DNA from: Tetramitus jugosus
Taxonomy: Eukaryota; Protista; Heterolobosea
DNA length: 64,000 bases
Reading direction: 5' to 3'
Assembly: GCA_937625935.1 (NCBI GenBank)
Contig: OW569356.1
Coordinates: forward strand, 372,001-436,000
This document shows positions 1 to 12,215 of the stretch, piece by piece. The translations under genes were made by a program, and so were the position numbers. The notes beneath the pieces were generated by a model. The model did no database searches. It was not told where the DNA came from and saw nothing but the letters and a program-made list of their open reading frames with translations. The stretch's first letter is position 1; each line of letters opens with the position of its first letter.

Positions 1-247
1 GCGTATGATTATGTTTGACCTCATCAAGCGTATCCAGTACCCGTGCTTCTGTGTCTCTTCCCCTGAAGCAGGCCGAAACAAGAAGCGGAAATTCTGGAAA
101 CCATGCTTTCCTTGAAATCATTAAGGCCAATTCCACCAAGTCTCTTCCCACTGATAACAAATCGGATGGGAACCTTTTCAGAGCACCAGACCCAATCTTT
201 CCGACCAATCCCTTCTAGCTCATTCAGCAACCTCTTTGGCCGGTGCG
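1..247 (-). mobile_element. Degenerate 5'-truncated non-LTR retrotransposon copy 0 (post-RT/thumb region); runs off the left edge of the window
   Basis: Minus strand, with frameshifts, reads ...LLNELEGIGR/KIGSGALKRFPSDLLSVGRD/LGGIGLNDFKESM...QGKRDTEARVLDTLDEVK. This is colinear with WLNKVNALGRSLVKFGSKAMKRFPTELLSIGFELGSVGLKDIEE...NGKRDTEARRLFLDTLEDIK of the 31274..32890 ORF. Homology continues right up to the poly(T) at 248. Confidence 0.85.
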
Positions 248-1196
248 TTTTTTTTTTTTTTTTTTTTTTTTAATACAACCATTTCGGTTGCTCTTTTTAT
301 TGTCTTTGCTTATTCACTTGCCTACGCTCGAAGAGCGTGGGCCTGGTTAGCTTCCAGTTGGTAAGCAATGACGCCGGAAAGCGTCATTGCCGTTGATTAC
401 ATTTATCCTTCGTTGTAATGAACAGGTGGTGGAGAGTCTTGAGACATCTCCTCTTGACACTGTTCACATATGTTTTGGCTTTCTTCTGTGCCAGTGTCTT
501 CTTCATTCCTCCAGACACAAGGCCTTCAGCGACTTCCATGATGGCGTCCGTTTCTATACCCATCATTCCTTGCAGCAGTTCACGGCTAGACTTTTTGAGT
601 GGTTGCCTCACAACCTTTCCTTCCTTCAGTCGCACCTCATCGAACCAGACATCGACGTAGGCAGATTCGGGGATTCCCATCTTCTTGAGCTCATGTCCCA
701 CTTTCACAGCCAATTGCCTTCTAACCATAATGGCCCTTGGACACCTGATCAAGCAATGCAGCACACTTTCGGGCTCCTTCTGACACCAGCTGCACTTGAC
801 CTGTTCCTCACCAGTGTTGTACATATATCGCACAACTTCTGCTGTGTGGAGTGTGCCACTGCGTACCTGTGCATGGAACCACTCCAGCTTCCTGTCTATA
901 CCATGTGGGTATTTGATGAAGCTAAAATCTGCACCACTGTTATTTGCTGCTCTCTGTAGCCAACATCGCTCGTCTTCATCTATTCTTGCACTTCTTTCTT
1001 GATCAAACAACGACTGGAGATGCGATCTACTTTCCACATGCAGATTTCCTTTGTACAATGCCGGTTCTGCACCTTCGGCGGACATTTTCCCTCCACATCC
1101 ACATCCATCCATTCGGGATATTAACACTTTCAGCACCTCATACGACCTTGCTCCGACCTTGCAGGAGGGAAAAATATGCTTAAACTCCTTCAGACC
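248..1196 (-). mobile_element. 5'-truncated non-LTR (L1-clade-like) retrotransposon copy 1 with poly(A) tail
   Basis: T24 at 248-271 is the A-tail. AATAAA on the minus strand at 296-301. Open frame 384..~1196 with QVRSGTLHT and the CCHC finger CSWCQKEPESVLHCLIRC. The terminal 22 nt are identical to copy 2. The 5' junction lies about 29 bp upstream of tRNA-Thr. Confidence 0.92.
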
Positions 1197-1224
1197 TCAT
1201 AAATTAGAAAATCCTACTTAACGG

Positions 1225-1297
1225 GGCTCCTTAGCACAGGTGGCAGTGCGCTGTCCTAGTAAGACAGAGGTCACGAGTTCGAGTCTCGTAGGAGCCT
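1225..1297 (+). tRNA. tRNA-Thr(AGT)
   Basis: 73 nt; acceptor stem GGCTCCT/AGGAGCC, anticodon arm CTGTC-CTAGTAA-GACAG, T-loop GTTCGAG, discriminator T, T-run terminator at ~1308. Confidence 0.96.
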
Positions 1298-1396
1298 ACA
1301 GTAAACCTTTTCTTTCGGCCACAGTCGGGTGGAACTTTTACGGCTGGTCAAAACAAAATCAATTTCTTGTCAAAGAAAGAAAAATCATTGGTCTAA

Positions 1397-4300
1397 ATGT
1401 CTGAAGCACTTGCTACAGTGTTGAGTCCAAGAGGAACGAACAGCAACATAGGTATGTTTATATTGAGTCACTTAGTACGTTGGGTCCACCATTCAACAGA
1501 AATTAATCATATGAATCTTGAAACAATTCACCGTCTTTATTCCTTGAACAATAGTCCAAGTGGGAGCAACTACCTACATTAAGTACACAGACGCCAAGAA
1601 AGCAGTGTATTTTTATGTGAAAGGAAGAGAAACAGAGAAGAAACACAGATGGAAACAGTTCTTTGATCCCAATCGAAACAAGTATTATTATTCCAACTTG
1701 GAGCACAAGAAAACAGTTTGGTACTTGCCTGATGTTGAGAAAGAAGAAGGAAATATCAAATCTCCTCCAAAAGAAGAACCGAAGAAGGAAATTCAATCGC
1801 CCATAGATGAGGTGAAGGAGCAGAAGCAAGTGGAACCAACGAACACAGAGGCATCAAAGATAGAAGCAATGGATGAGCCAATAGTTGGTTTACCAAAAAT
1901 TGATCCTCCAACTGAAGTCCATCCTCTCAAAGAACTAAAAACGGAATCGCCGAGAGAGACTGTAACAGAACTACAAGAGAAAGAAACAGATGAAAACGAA
2001 GGGAAAGAGGATGAAGGAGGAAGCCTTCTTAATAGTACGATTTGGGGGTATATGGCGGGGAGAAAATCTTTTTCAGCTTCTTTCGCAGAGAATAATAGTC
2101 CATCAGACTCCTCGGCGTTCGACGATTTTGATTTTACTTCTAAAGAAACTCCTCTAAATTCACCTAAGATGCGAATGACTGCCAGTGATGGGAGCGAGGA
2201 GGAGTCTGTACCAGCATTCTCCGGGAAATTGACACGCTCTAATACTATACCAAATCAGAATGTCACTGTAGAACTGATAAAGTTTAGCAAGAAGGACCTA
2301 ATCGCAGGTAGAGGAAAATTAGAATCATGTATGGAGCAAGAACTTTTCAGGGGAGTAGGATTAGGAGAGGTGCATGTATTATGTGCTATTAAAGCATACT
2401 ATTTTAAAAAGGTACAAGCTAAAAAGGAGTTGGCCGTTGGGATAGCGAGAGATTATAGTGGAGCCTTTGGATTGTTCTTTGCACACTTCAGCCAAAAAAA
2501 GGGCAGAAAATTCTCAAGTATCGCATTTGACATACCTATGTTACACTTTTATGAAATGAGCCCAACAGTGACTGACAAAGATAATGTTCGATTTAATCTA
2601 AGTATCGATGGTTCAGAATTCGATTTAATGACGCATACCATTTTGAGAGACAAATTAAGAAGAGGCCTTGAGTTTGTGTACAAGTTAGTCAGAGCGAAGA
2701 AAGGGAAGGAATTATGTCTGTATCGAATGAGTTCCGTTGATTTTGCTGTGACGTATACAGTCCAGAGACCGATTCATACGCGGGAATCATTCTTGATGGA
2801 ACTCGTCACTCTCATTCAGAGAACAAAACATCCAGAACAACCAAATACAGACTTAGATGAACTCTTCCTAGATCTACGAATTCTTATAAGAAATGGTGAT
2901 GATAGAGAGTGGATTATCGAACAACTATCAGCTTTTACTAGATCTCGAGACTTTAAGCCTCGACATGTTGTTGTGTGTGCTCAAATACTCGATGTTGTTC
3001 TCAAAACTCCATCTCCTGTTGGAAATTTCCAGACTGAAAGAGCTGAATTGCAGAGAAATTTAATTCAAAGCATGATTCACATCTGGTCCAAGTTGAAGGT
3101 TCTTGATGATTCTTTGATTGTTCAACTTAGAGAAGAAACAGAGGACATATTTTCTGTCATGAGGAGTATTTGGAAATCAAGAGGTAATCTTCCAGATGTA
3201 AAGTTCCCGGATGACTTTTTCGTGGCAGAGACTATCGATTCGAAAAAGAAGTTAGCGGAGGACAAACTCAAGACCATACAGGATAGAAAGTTCAGAGAAT
3301 CTCTTATTGTGAAATCAATGGAAGAAGGGGTATTCCTTGCATGTATTTTCTATACTCCAAGTGGAGAGGTGCTATCTGATATGAAAGACAATCTGCCATG
3401 TGTACAACTTTCTAAATTGCACTATTCTGAGGCAAGAGATATTACTATAGATAGTGAGGATAGAATAATGGAATGGATGATGAGACTAGGTTTCTCCAAT
3501 TTTTCTCAGATCTTGTCAGAAATCGAAATAAGTCAAAATATTCGAAGAAAGGTTCCCACTAACGATCCACTGCGGAGAAACACAATTTCGGAGACTAATG
3601 AAGCGAAAGAAGTGTTTGTAAATTCAAGATTTAAGAAAGCCATGGCTAGGGCTTGTCTGGAATTGACTTCTCTGTTTAATATTGATTCCCTTGGTAATCT
3701 ATTCGACAAACCTATCAAAATGAGAGGAACCAATGTTGTAATGTTCGTAGCGGTTAGGAAACTTGACGATAAAAGGGCGATAACAGTTCCTTCTCTTTAT
3801 AAGTGGTCCAATAATTTTGAATTTGAGCATCATTTATATCAAAAGTATGAAGGCATACATGAGTTGTTGCCAATGGAAAGGTTAGGAGATCACTATACTG
3901 GTTCTAGGTGGCTCACAAGCGCTGTTAAGAATGATAGATATCTTAGACACAAGCTTAGGCAAGGTTTATATATCGGATTCATGTGTTACAGTACATCATT
4001 CACAGGATATGATGTACTAGTCACAGAAGAGAGAAGATTTATGCTCCCTCACTCCTTTGTAGGAAAGACTCTTCCAACTGAAGAACAGTGGATATGGATT
4101 CAAAGTTTGAGATGTAACATTGATGAGAGAAAGTCACTGCTAGGGGATGATAGAGATACAAGAGGGATTAATGCCTTTTCTCCTGACTATGAGCTTTACG
4201 AAAATTCTAGTATTCCCACGTTTGAATTGTTGTTTTACCGAGCACTTCTTCAACTCCAAAATCAATTGGGCATTGCATCAGTTCAGGATCTCGGAACTCT

Positions 4301-6605
4301 GTATGATCTTGAGCTGATAACACTCGATGAGATCGGGAAAACTAAGATGGTTCTGTTCGTTAAACACATTGAGCCATTTTCTCAGATAGATTGGACAATA
4401 ATCCGGCATACCTCCGATTTAGAAGAAGAGAAATCACATGATGAAGATGAGGTAAAGAGAAAAAAGAGAAGAAAAACCAAAAAGAGTCTGCCGTATCGCA
4501 ACACCTCTCCCTTTTTGTGGAGGAGAGGAGAGTTGTTTGAGGTGATGATGCTCCAGGTGTTTAAACCAGTGATATATCATTCTTACATGAAGAAATATAT
4601 CAATAATTTAGCTTGTGACATTAGGTGGACTAATAATTCCAAGGGTTTTGTAACTGACGAAGCAATAAGATTGGTCGCGAAAAAGGATGAATCCAAAGCC
4701 CTCTTGGACGAAGTGGACCTCCTATCTTTTGTTAAGCAGGAGGAAAGTTGGTTGACAGTTAGATGGCCTATACGAGTTATCAACTGGATGGACAAATTGT
4801 TGGGAGTAACTATCATCGACACATGCTCGTCCCTCGTAGAGTCTTCAAAGAAAATTGAGGAAGTGGAAAAAGCTCGAGTGTTGGAAAAGATGAAAGATAA
4901 AACTAAGTTTAGAGGAGCTGTATTGGAAGCTAATATCATCCGCGCATCTTACTACAAGATTCCAAAGCTCGAGAGGTTGATATCTGAAGAGATTACAAAA
5001 TCTGAGCATAATTCATTCGACTGGAACATAGTGGAAGAAAAATTGATGGCAGAAACTATGCTCGAAAAGAGTAACGAACTTGATAAAGGGGATGTTGTTA
5101 CAGAACAGGTAACCAACGTTCCATTCTTAGATGATGAGGAAGACTTGGAGAAGACAATTTGTTGCATGTACGACGTCGATGTTAACATAGAGGAAGTTAA
5201 AGATATCGAATCATTGAAGTTCAATCCAACAAAAGAGGAAATCACGGATATTGTTACTCAAGAGATGTTTGAAAAAAGTATTCTTCGTTCATTTGATGAA
5301 AGTGAACTGAAAGTGATTGAAATTGTGATGAATGAGATAGTAGATATGTTGGAAGTATCTGACGAACTTCTCCAAATAACAGTAAGCGGGGATAGATTTC
5401 AAGAATCCTTGATCATTTTGAATAGAGAAAGGACAAGGTATCAACAAAGCATCTTAGACGCATACAACAGAGTATTGGAAGAAGAAATGGGTACTTATGA
5501 TCATGAGAGATTAAAAAAACGTCTAACCACTGACAGAGACATGCATTCAGTACTATTCGAACAAATGAGTGAATTAGACTCATCGTACGAAGATATTATA
5601 CGACGAATGGTGATTCAGTATGACAATACAATGAAATATGCAAAACAGACGTTTCAAGTGATCAATAGTGCTTTGGAGACAGTCGAACTGAGTGAGAGCA
5701 TGTACCTCTATGAACGAACTCTTGAGAATCAAGAGCGCTTAAAGTGTATGATCGAAGAGCAACACAATTTCATCCCTCGAAATGACTTGACCATGATTGG
5801 TGTTACTAGAAAGGAACGACGATTCCTGACCTCAAATGGAAGCAAGATGATCGATTTTAGAGAGGATTCTGATTTTAGTTTCTGTCAACTCGGTGACACA
5901 GAAGAAGATATTGAATTTGAACAGGAAAGAATTAAGGCTCTAATCAAAAAGCAAGTGGAGATGGATGTAGAACGAGAGAAATGTTCCAGAAGTGCAATGA
6001 AATCATCATTGGCCAAGAGTTTGTTTGGATATCAGGGATTTTCATTGCCACGAAGTGTACCAGAGTTGCCTACTCCTCAGATGAAGTCCATCGATCGTCA
6101 CTCTTCTTCCATCTCTTCACCTCTCTTCTCTAAGAGTAGTAAGAATACGAAAACAAGACTCCCAGGTGAATCCTCAACTCTTGAATTGGGACAACCGCGA
6201 GATGATTGGTTCGGATACAAACCTCCTGAGCCAATGTCTATGACAGTCAAGAGACAATTGGAAAGCATCAGAGAGGCTAGAGAAAAACATCAGACAGAAT
6301 TGAGAAAGCAAGGTTTCTTCAGTGAGCAAAGCAAAGCGGTTCTTAACCTGAATCAGCTAATTGACATGTACAGTACGCTCAAAGTGAAGTCCTCCCGTTT
6401 CCTTACCGAAGACCAGCAACCAGCGAGAAACTTTCGGCGAACCCCTTCTCGTGTCCAAAGTCCACGACCCCAGCCACAAGCCAACAAATTCAAGTCGGTA
6501 ATCAATGTTGCGCAAATGTCTGAACTGTTGTCTGGTCCTTCTCATCCCTTTAGAAAAAGATCAAACTCTCGATCCTCCAACTCATTCAACTCAACCAATC
6601 AATAG
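1397..6605 (+). CDS. Large WW-domain protein of unknown function (exon 1397-1451, intron 1452-1554, exon 1555-6605)
   Basis: 1681-aa ORF with an N-terminal WW motif (RWKQFFDPNRNKYYYSNLEHKKTVWYLP). A GTATGT...AATAG intron joins ATG 1397 in frame. Confidence 0.75.
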
Positions 6606-6739
6606 CAATTCCTAGTTCAACAAACCAAAGACATTGCTTGCGTCATCCCACTTTCTTCATTTTGGATGAATCCAAAGATTTCTTTATCGTGTTTATTACT
6701 TGTTCTCCTGTCCTCGAATCGGCCAAGATCGTCGCCACA

Positions 6740-7330
6740 ACTTGAGCAATGAATGAGTAACAAGATAAATATACCTCCACATGAATACCAAGCCATATTA
6801 TGGACTTCTTTCGCGTGACTCAAATCATATGTTTTGATACGTAGTTTATCTGAACATATTCGAAATTTTTTGATTGAGCAGAACACATTCTCAACGATCG
6901 ACTTAAATTGGTTGTTGAAGTGTTGTTCATCGGGCTGAAGTTGAGACTCTGTTGTATACAGATATGGCAGTACTGTATTTTTCCAATACTGTTGATAACC
7001 CTTGAAACCCTTATCAAGAACAATAAACTCATCTTCATCGAGATCATCACCAATCATATTTTCAGGTAACACCATGAGCATTCACCAAACTTGCATTTTG
7101 TAGTGCCAATGGATTCCTGTATTATACATCACCTACTTACACTGGAAGTAAATCAGATGTAAGTTTGGTGTATGTCTACACTTCTTACCCGAATATAAAC
7201 TTTTTTCAGTCAATGTTGTGGAACAACTACTGAAATATTGTTCAACACCATCACCATTACATTGATTTGTATTCCTCTCCAATTAACTCCATGTGTGTCT
7301 CTGATTTCACGTATTTTGGGTACACAGCGA
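6740..7330 (-). pseudogene. PIF/Harbinger-ISL2EU-type DDE transposase relic (DDE_Tnp_4-like)
   Basis: Broken frames carry DGVEQY, YSGKKCRHT, LDKGFKG and FNNQFKSIVENVFCSIKKFRICSDKLR in the order typical of DDE_Tnp_4 nucleases. Confidence 0.75.
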
Positions 7331-7383
7331 TGAATTGTTTCATGACTGATGAAAGTAAAACAGAGCCATACTAAACTGCAGAC

Positions 7384-7427
7384 ACAGAATCCGCTGAATC
7401 CGTTTACCGGAATTAAGCGGATTCTGT
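7384..7427. repeat. Inverted repeat/hairpin at the MULE-Harbinger boundary
   Basis: ACAGAATCCGCT (7384-7395) and AGCGGATTCTGT (7416-7427) form perfect 12-bp arms; the spacer is partly self-complementary. Confidence 0.7.
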
Positions 7428-7471
7428 CAAGTTCTGTACAGTTATGCGAAGTATGGCAATCTTATGTTTAT

Positions 7472-9412
7472 TTATATCTCATTCCTCGACTTCTTGCATT
7501 TGATGCAGTACCAGCCACCCTTTGGTACTCTCCTTAAGGGCGGAGTTGCACATGACAGATGATACACGGAGGTACAACCTTCACACAACAATAAGATCTT
7601 ACGATTAGAAATAGAACAACCACTACAAACATCTTGATGGGTGTCCTCATCAGTAGATTCAGTGGTTTCAATAGTTGATTCTGATGATTCTTGGATTCCA
7701 GGGACTTCTCCATGACTGGAATCATACTCAGGTTCCTCCTCTGGCGGTTGTTCAGGACCCGATTGGTCCACTAATTTTGCTCTTTTTGCATCTTGACAAA
7801 CATCTATCAATGTCTGAGGTCGCTTAAGCTCCGTGACTACTGCTCCTCCGTTTGACTTTGCAACGACAAAGATAGACTCTCTGTCATTGAATCCAATCTC
7901 ACGAACGTATCCATTGTTCAATAGGCCGAGAGCTTCGATTTCGATCTTTGAGCATAAGTAAGTATTGAGAGCTGTTAATTCCACTAAGTTGCTACTCAGC
8001 TTCATCTGAGGTTGTTTTGCTTCTTCCTGAACTCCCGTCAATCCTTTGAGTTCTTTCTGAACATCATCCTTCACATTACAATTGCTCAACCTCTCGAACT
8101 CTTTGAGTGTGAGTGAATGTTGACTCCTGTCTTTCTTTAGTTGCCACCTGCCAATACCTAGTCTCCCAAGCCAATATTCTTTTTCTTGGTTCAAAGAAAA
8201 AGATTTACAATGATCAATTATCTCACTTACTTTTTGATGATCACTGCTCATTAGACTTTTGAATTGATGGTTCATTGATTCAGCAGCATTGTTATACCAA
8301 GGTCCATATATATTTGCTGACTTTCTCACAGACTTTAGCATTCCACTTTTGATTGACTGACTTTTATACTTGTCAAAGTACTTGATAAAATTCTCAGTTT
8401 GATCGCCAAGTATTAGCTTCCATAAAGTTTCCTTAAGCAATCGAAGTGTTGGTTCATAGTCATCCTCATCACAATCCAAGAGTCCAGTTGTATCTCCCTT
8501 CCCAAAGAATGTAATGTTCATCTTTCGAATTTGCTGTTCCTTGATTTTCAACTCAAGCTTCCTCTCAATGTTCTCTCTGAAGTGTCTCCAACACAAGAGA
8601 TTCACTACTGAGGGATAAGAACGTCTTATTGCATCAACAATACCATGTTCTGAGTCGGTACCAATAACATTGATCATACAACCAAGCTCTCTCATAACAT
8701 GGAAAAAATGAGAATGGCACTTACTCATCTTCGATGTATGTAAATGCCATCCTAACACTATAAGAGGACTCTGTTCAAATATAGTGCATGTAGTTGATAA
8801 GACACTCAGGAAATATCCCTCTCCAACATTGAAGGTAGTATCGTAGACCTTCATGATCTGTTGATTAGCTGACGATTGAGTAATTTGAAAATTGGAACTC
8901 ATCACAATGGACAATGAGTCAGCTGTCAATGATACATCTCTGATGAACTTGTTTCCATCTATGCTCATGCAACTGAACAGTTGCTCAAGTGAGTATTTCT
9001 TCCCGTCTAACAAGTATTTCCTATTTTGAATTGTTTTGAGTTGAGGGATTGCCGATAACTTATTAATATCGTCATTTGAAGGATTTTCTATATCCACCCT
9101 GTCCAACAAAGCATTTAGAATCTGTTTTGGCTTCTTACCTGATTGAATCATTTGATCCACCAATACTTTGCTGTCATGATTAATCTTCACAGGAGGTGTT
9201 GTTTTGTTCTTGGAATTTCCATGAGGAGAGGGCATGAAATTCTGAAGCTCAAACCCACATTTACCAAGATACACAAGCATGATGCGATCTCCATAACGGA
9301 ATTCTCTCCTGATGAATCGTTTCTCACTCTTGTTTTGAAAGTATGTTCTGATGATTGTTTCAGTCTTCATTTGTTTGACTCCGTTGACTTCAAAACAGAT
9401 CTGGACATCCAT
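7472..9412 (-). mobile_element. Mutator/MULE-family transposase with C-terminal PHD finger
   Basis: MULE catalytic signatures YDTTFNV, GTDSEHGIVDAI..YP, LCWRH (CxxH) and NNAAESMN. C-terminal C4HC3 PHD finger CSGC...LLLCEGCTSVYHLSC..PPL..VPKGGWYCIKC. No TIRs identified. Confidence 0.85.
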
Positions 9413-10482
9413 TTGCTTTTCCTCCTATATTAATCCAAGATCCAAATCCGTCGCTTCTGTGCGATAGGTCTGAATTGTTCTTTGCTTCAAACAAAACAGC
9501 AGCACTGTTTTGAATATCCCCCAGCTCGGTACCGAGCGCTTAAAATAAATTTGCGATGCATCAACGCCATTAATCCACGATAACACTTCGTCCACAAAGT
9601 ATTGTCTCCAAACCATGAACAACAGAAATTGTTGTAATGACGTAAAGCATCGTTTTGTTGCCTTCCTCTGTTTGAGTTTCGTCACTCTCAACAAAATTAA
9701 AAAGGTAAAGTAATTCAACCAATGTCACACCTACAATGATTGGAACAACCAGTTGTTCATTTCATCGAAAAGAGTATCTAAAAAATCTGTGTATAATAAA
9801 TTATTGTGTTGTTGTGTGTTTTGTTCAGTAACAGAGTTTGTTCGACACCATGCTAGTGGACCATTCTTTTTAATATTTATCTTTTTATGTATCTTGAATG
9901 TGAATGAGATTGACAATGATTGTTGTTGTTTTTGTAGAGCTAAAGTGAATGATGAATCCAACTCCTGCATCTGTTCAAGAATTTGATTTAGAGGAAAATT
10001 GTGAACCATACACCAATACTGGTCCGGTATCTTGAGAGGAGCAACTTTATCAGGCCGTTTTCAACACTGATAATTATTATTTTGATATCTAGATTATGAA
10101 AAACTTTGCTGTCATTCAATGTTGTTGATGGCATTATAATTAGGCGACGACAGTGTAATTCGGGCTGAAAGACACCATCATACTAATTTTAGAGAAAGGC
10201 TCTAGACTTATGCAGTGCATAGTATACAATTGAGTTCTGTCTGGTGGAACATAATAAGGGATTACATTATTATTCGTATTCCAAGTGCATATTTGCTGCC
10301 GTATATTCCTAGGTTACTTAGTTGTATGATCCTGTTAACTACACAGTAGTTTTCAACTGAGTTGTTGAGCATCAATATGATTGTTGCTGTGTCACTATAA
10401 CATTGTTCTTGTGAACTCCTTGAGGAATGTCAACAACACATGTCCAAACCTGACTTCAATTAACTGTATTTGGGTGTTTGGA

Positions 10483-11697
10483 CTGTCGAGACGATTCCAA
10501 GATATTGCGGAAGAACACAAGGGTCAATGAAGGAGTGGCTTGATCTTGCGGTCATCAACGGGTACATATCATTGACCAAAATTTCCAGACAGTTCATCAC
10601 TAGGACATAGCGGTGTTTGTTTTGAAGGGGCATTTGGTCTTGTAGGCGAAAAAACATTTTAAATTATAAAAAAATTGGGCGATCGTCACCACCAATAAAT
10701 CTGTAGTTCCTCCAACGCTCACAAAAACCAATTGTGTCCAGTCTAGGTACAACTTTAGTCACTCTGAAAGACTTTTCTTAGGCTCTCTTTTGGTGCCTCG
10801 ATGATGATAATTGTTCATCGTCTCTGTCCTTTAAAAGTTAACTAAATAGAAGATGTAAGCATAGAAGATGAACTGGAAAGTTTATTTGTACGATGATACA
10901 TCGTTCAATACACCAACAATGATGAGTTTAGTCAGTTTATGGGAACTAACTGAAGATGAGAATACCAGTAAATATGTGTCTACAAGCTTTACTTTTTACA
11001 ATAGGACAAAAGATATCACTTTAAAAGAGAAAACTCCGAGATTTCGAATCATCCAGCCGAACAACATCTCAAACATGCCGCAACTCATAGGATCCTTCTG
11101 TATCTTGATACACTTCCACATTTATAATCGGCCACCTGAATATCCGATCCAACTCAGTGTAATTTGGGCTTTACCCAAAAAAATGCATAGGTTCAATGTT
11201 TCTCGACGTAAATCGAAAAAATCGCATCAGGATGATGCAGACCAAATGATGCAGCAAATTCTCGCTCGTCAATGTTAAATGATATTTCTCGCAGTATTTT
11301 TCAACATCAACAAACAAACATCCACTTTGTAATTAGTCGAAGTTGAGAAAGGCTAAAATCATTCCAAGAGATGTAATGCTCGCAGATCTTGATAACTATT
11401 GTAATTTTTATTGCGTATTAAACCGAGTACTCTCTCGAGTAGATTTTGGTAACCAAAATTTGGAAGTTACATGATAGATGCGCCGTCGATTCAATTTTTA
11501 ACAGTTGGCAAACTAATAAAAACCAAAAGAAAGAAACCTTGGTTTGACGTTTCGCTTCGTCGTCTACATTATCTTGGACTCGAGAGGAACAAAATGCTAG
11601 CAACTGAATTGAGGGAAACTGATCAGGATATTAGGGGTAGGATGTGTTGTGCATGTGAGTCTTTGTTATCCTCTGTTGAGACGATTCCAAGATATTG
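10483..11697 (+). repeat. 25-bp direct repeat pair (10483-10507 and 11673-11697) in a decayed region
   Basis: CTGT(C/T)GAGACGATTCCAAGATATTG, 24/25 identical; both copies read QYLGIVST on the minus strand. Confidence 0.7.
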
Positions 11698-12215
11698 ATC
11701 CCCCTGTGAACAGAGAATCGAGTGAAAGAATACAAGTACCGAACATTACTCAGTGAATGAGGAACTTAATTTGATGTTCCCTCCAGCATAATATCAATAC
11801 TTCCAAAACTTGTACATTCTCAGCAAGGGGCCATTTCTGAGAAGATCGACATACCAGTATGTCCATTGATAACAGTCAGTTTCGATCTCCTTGTTGATGA
11901 AGCTTTGGATAGAATCTGAGATATGTTACTCAAGTAGCACAGCAGATTGGTGGCAAGAGTGAGTAAGTGGGAGTAATTCAATTAACACTGCGTCCATCTC
12001 TTGTTTCATCGAAATCACAGATCAATCTTCAAGTATCATTGATATTTGAAAAGAATCAGGTCTTGTTCATACAGTTCTGGTTTGTTTGATTCGCTCTGTA
12101 TTGCTCGAAAACAAGGGACAACAAAAATGAACTGATCATGATCTGAACGATATTTGTCCAAAAATAGTGCGGCAAAGGAATCAGACCACAGCCACAACGA
12201 CAAACGACTTGCTTC

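Noticed and set aside
1225-1297. tRNA as part of the element (SINE head) or segmental duplication of an element+tRNA unit
   Set aside because: The tRNA is on the opposite strand and outside the TSD. The two Thr genes are identical while their flanks and elements differ, and a different tRNA (Asp) is also hit.
7368-7427. Helitron 3' end (hairpin + CTRR)
   Set aside because: The downstream motif is TTAG rather than CTRR, and no Rep/helicase gene is adjacent.
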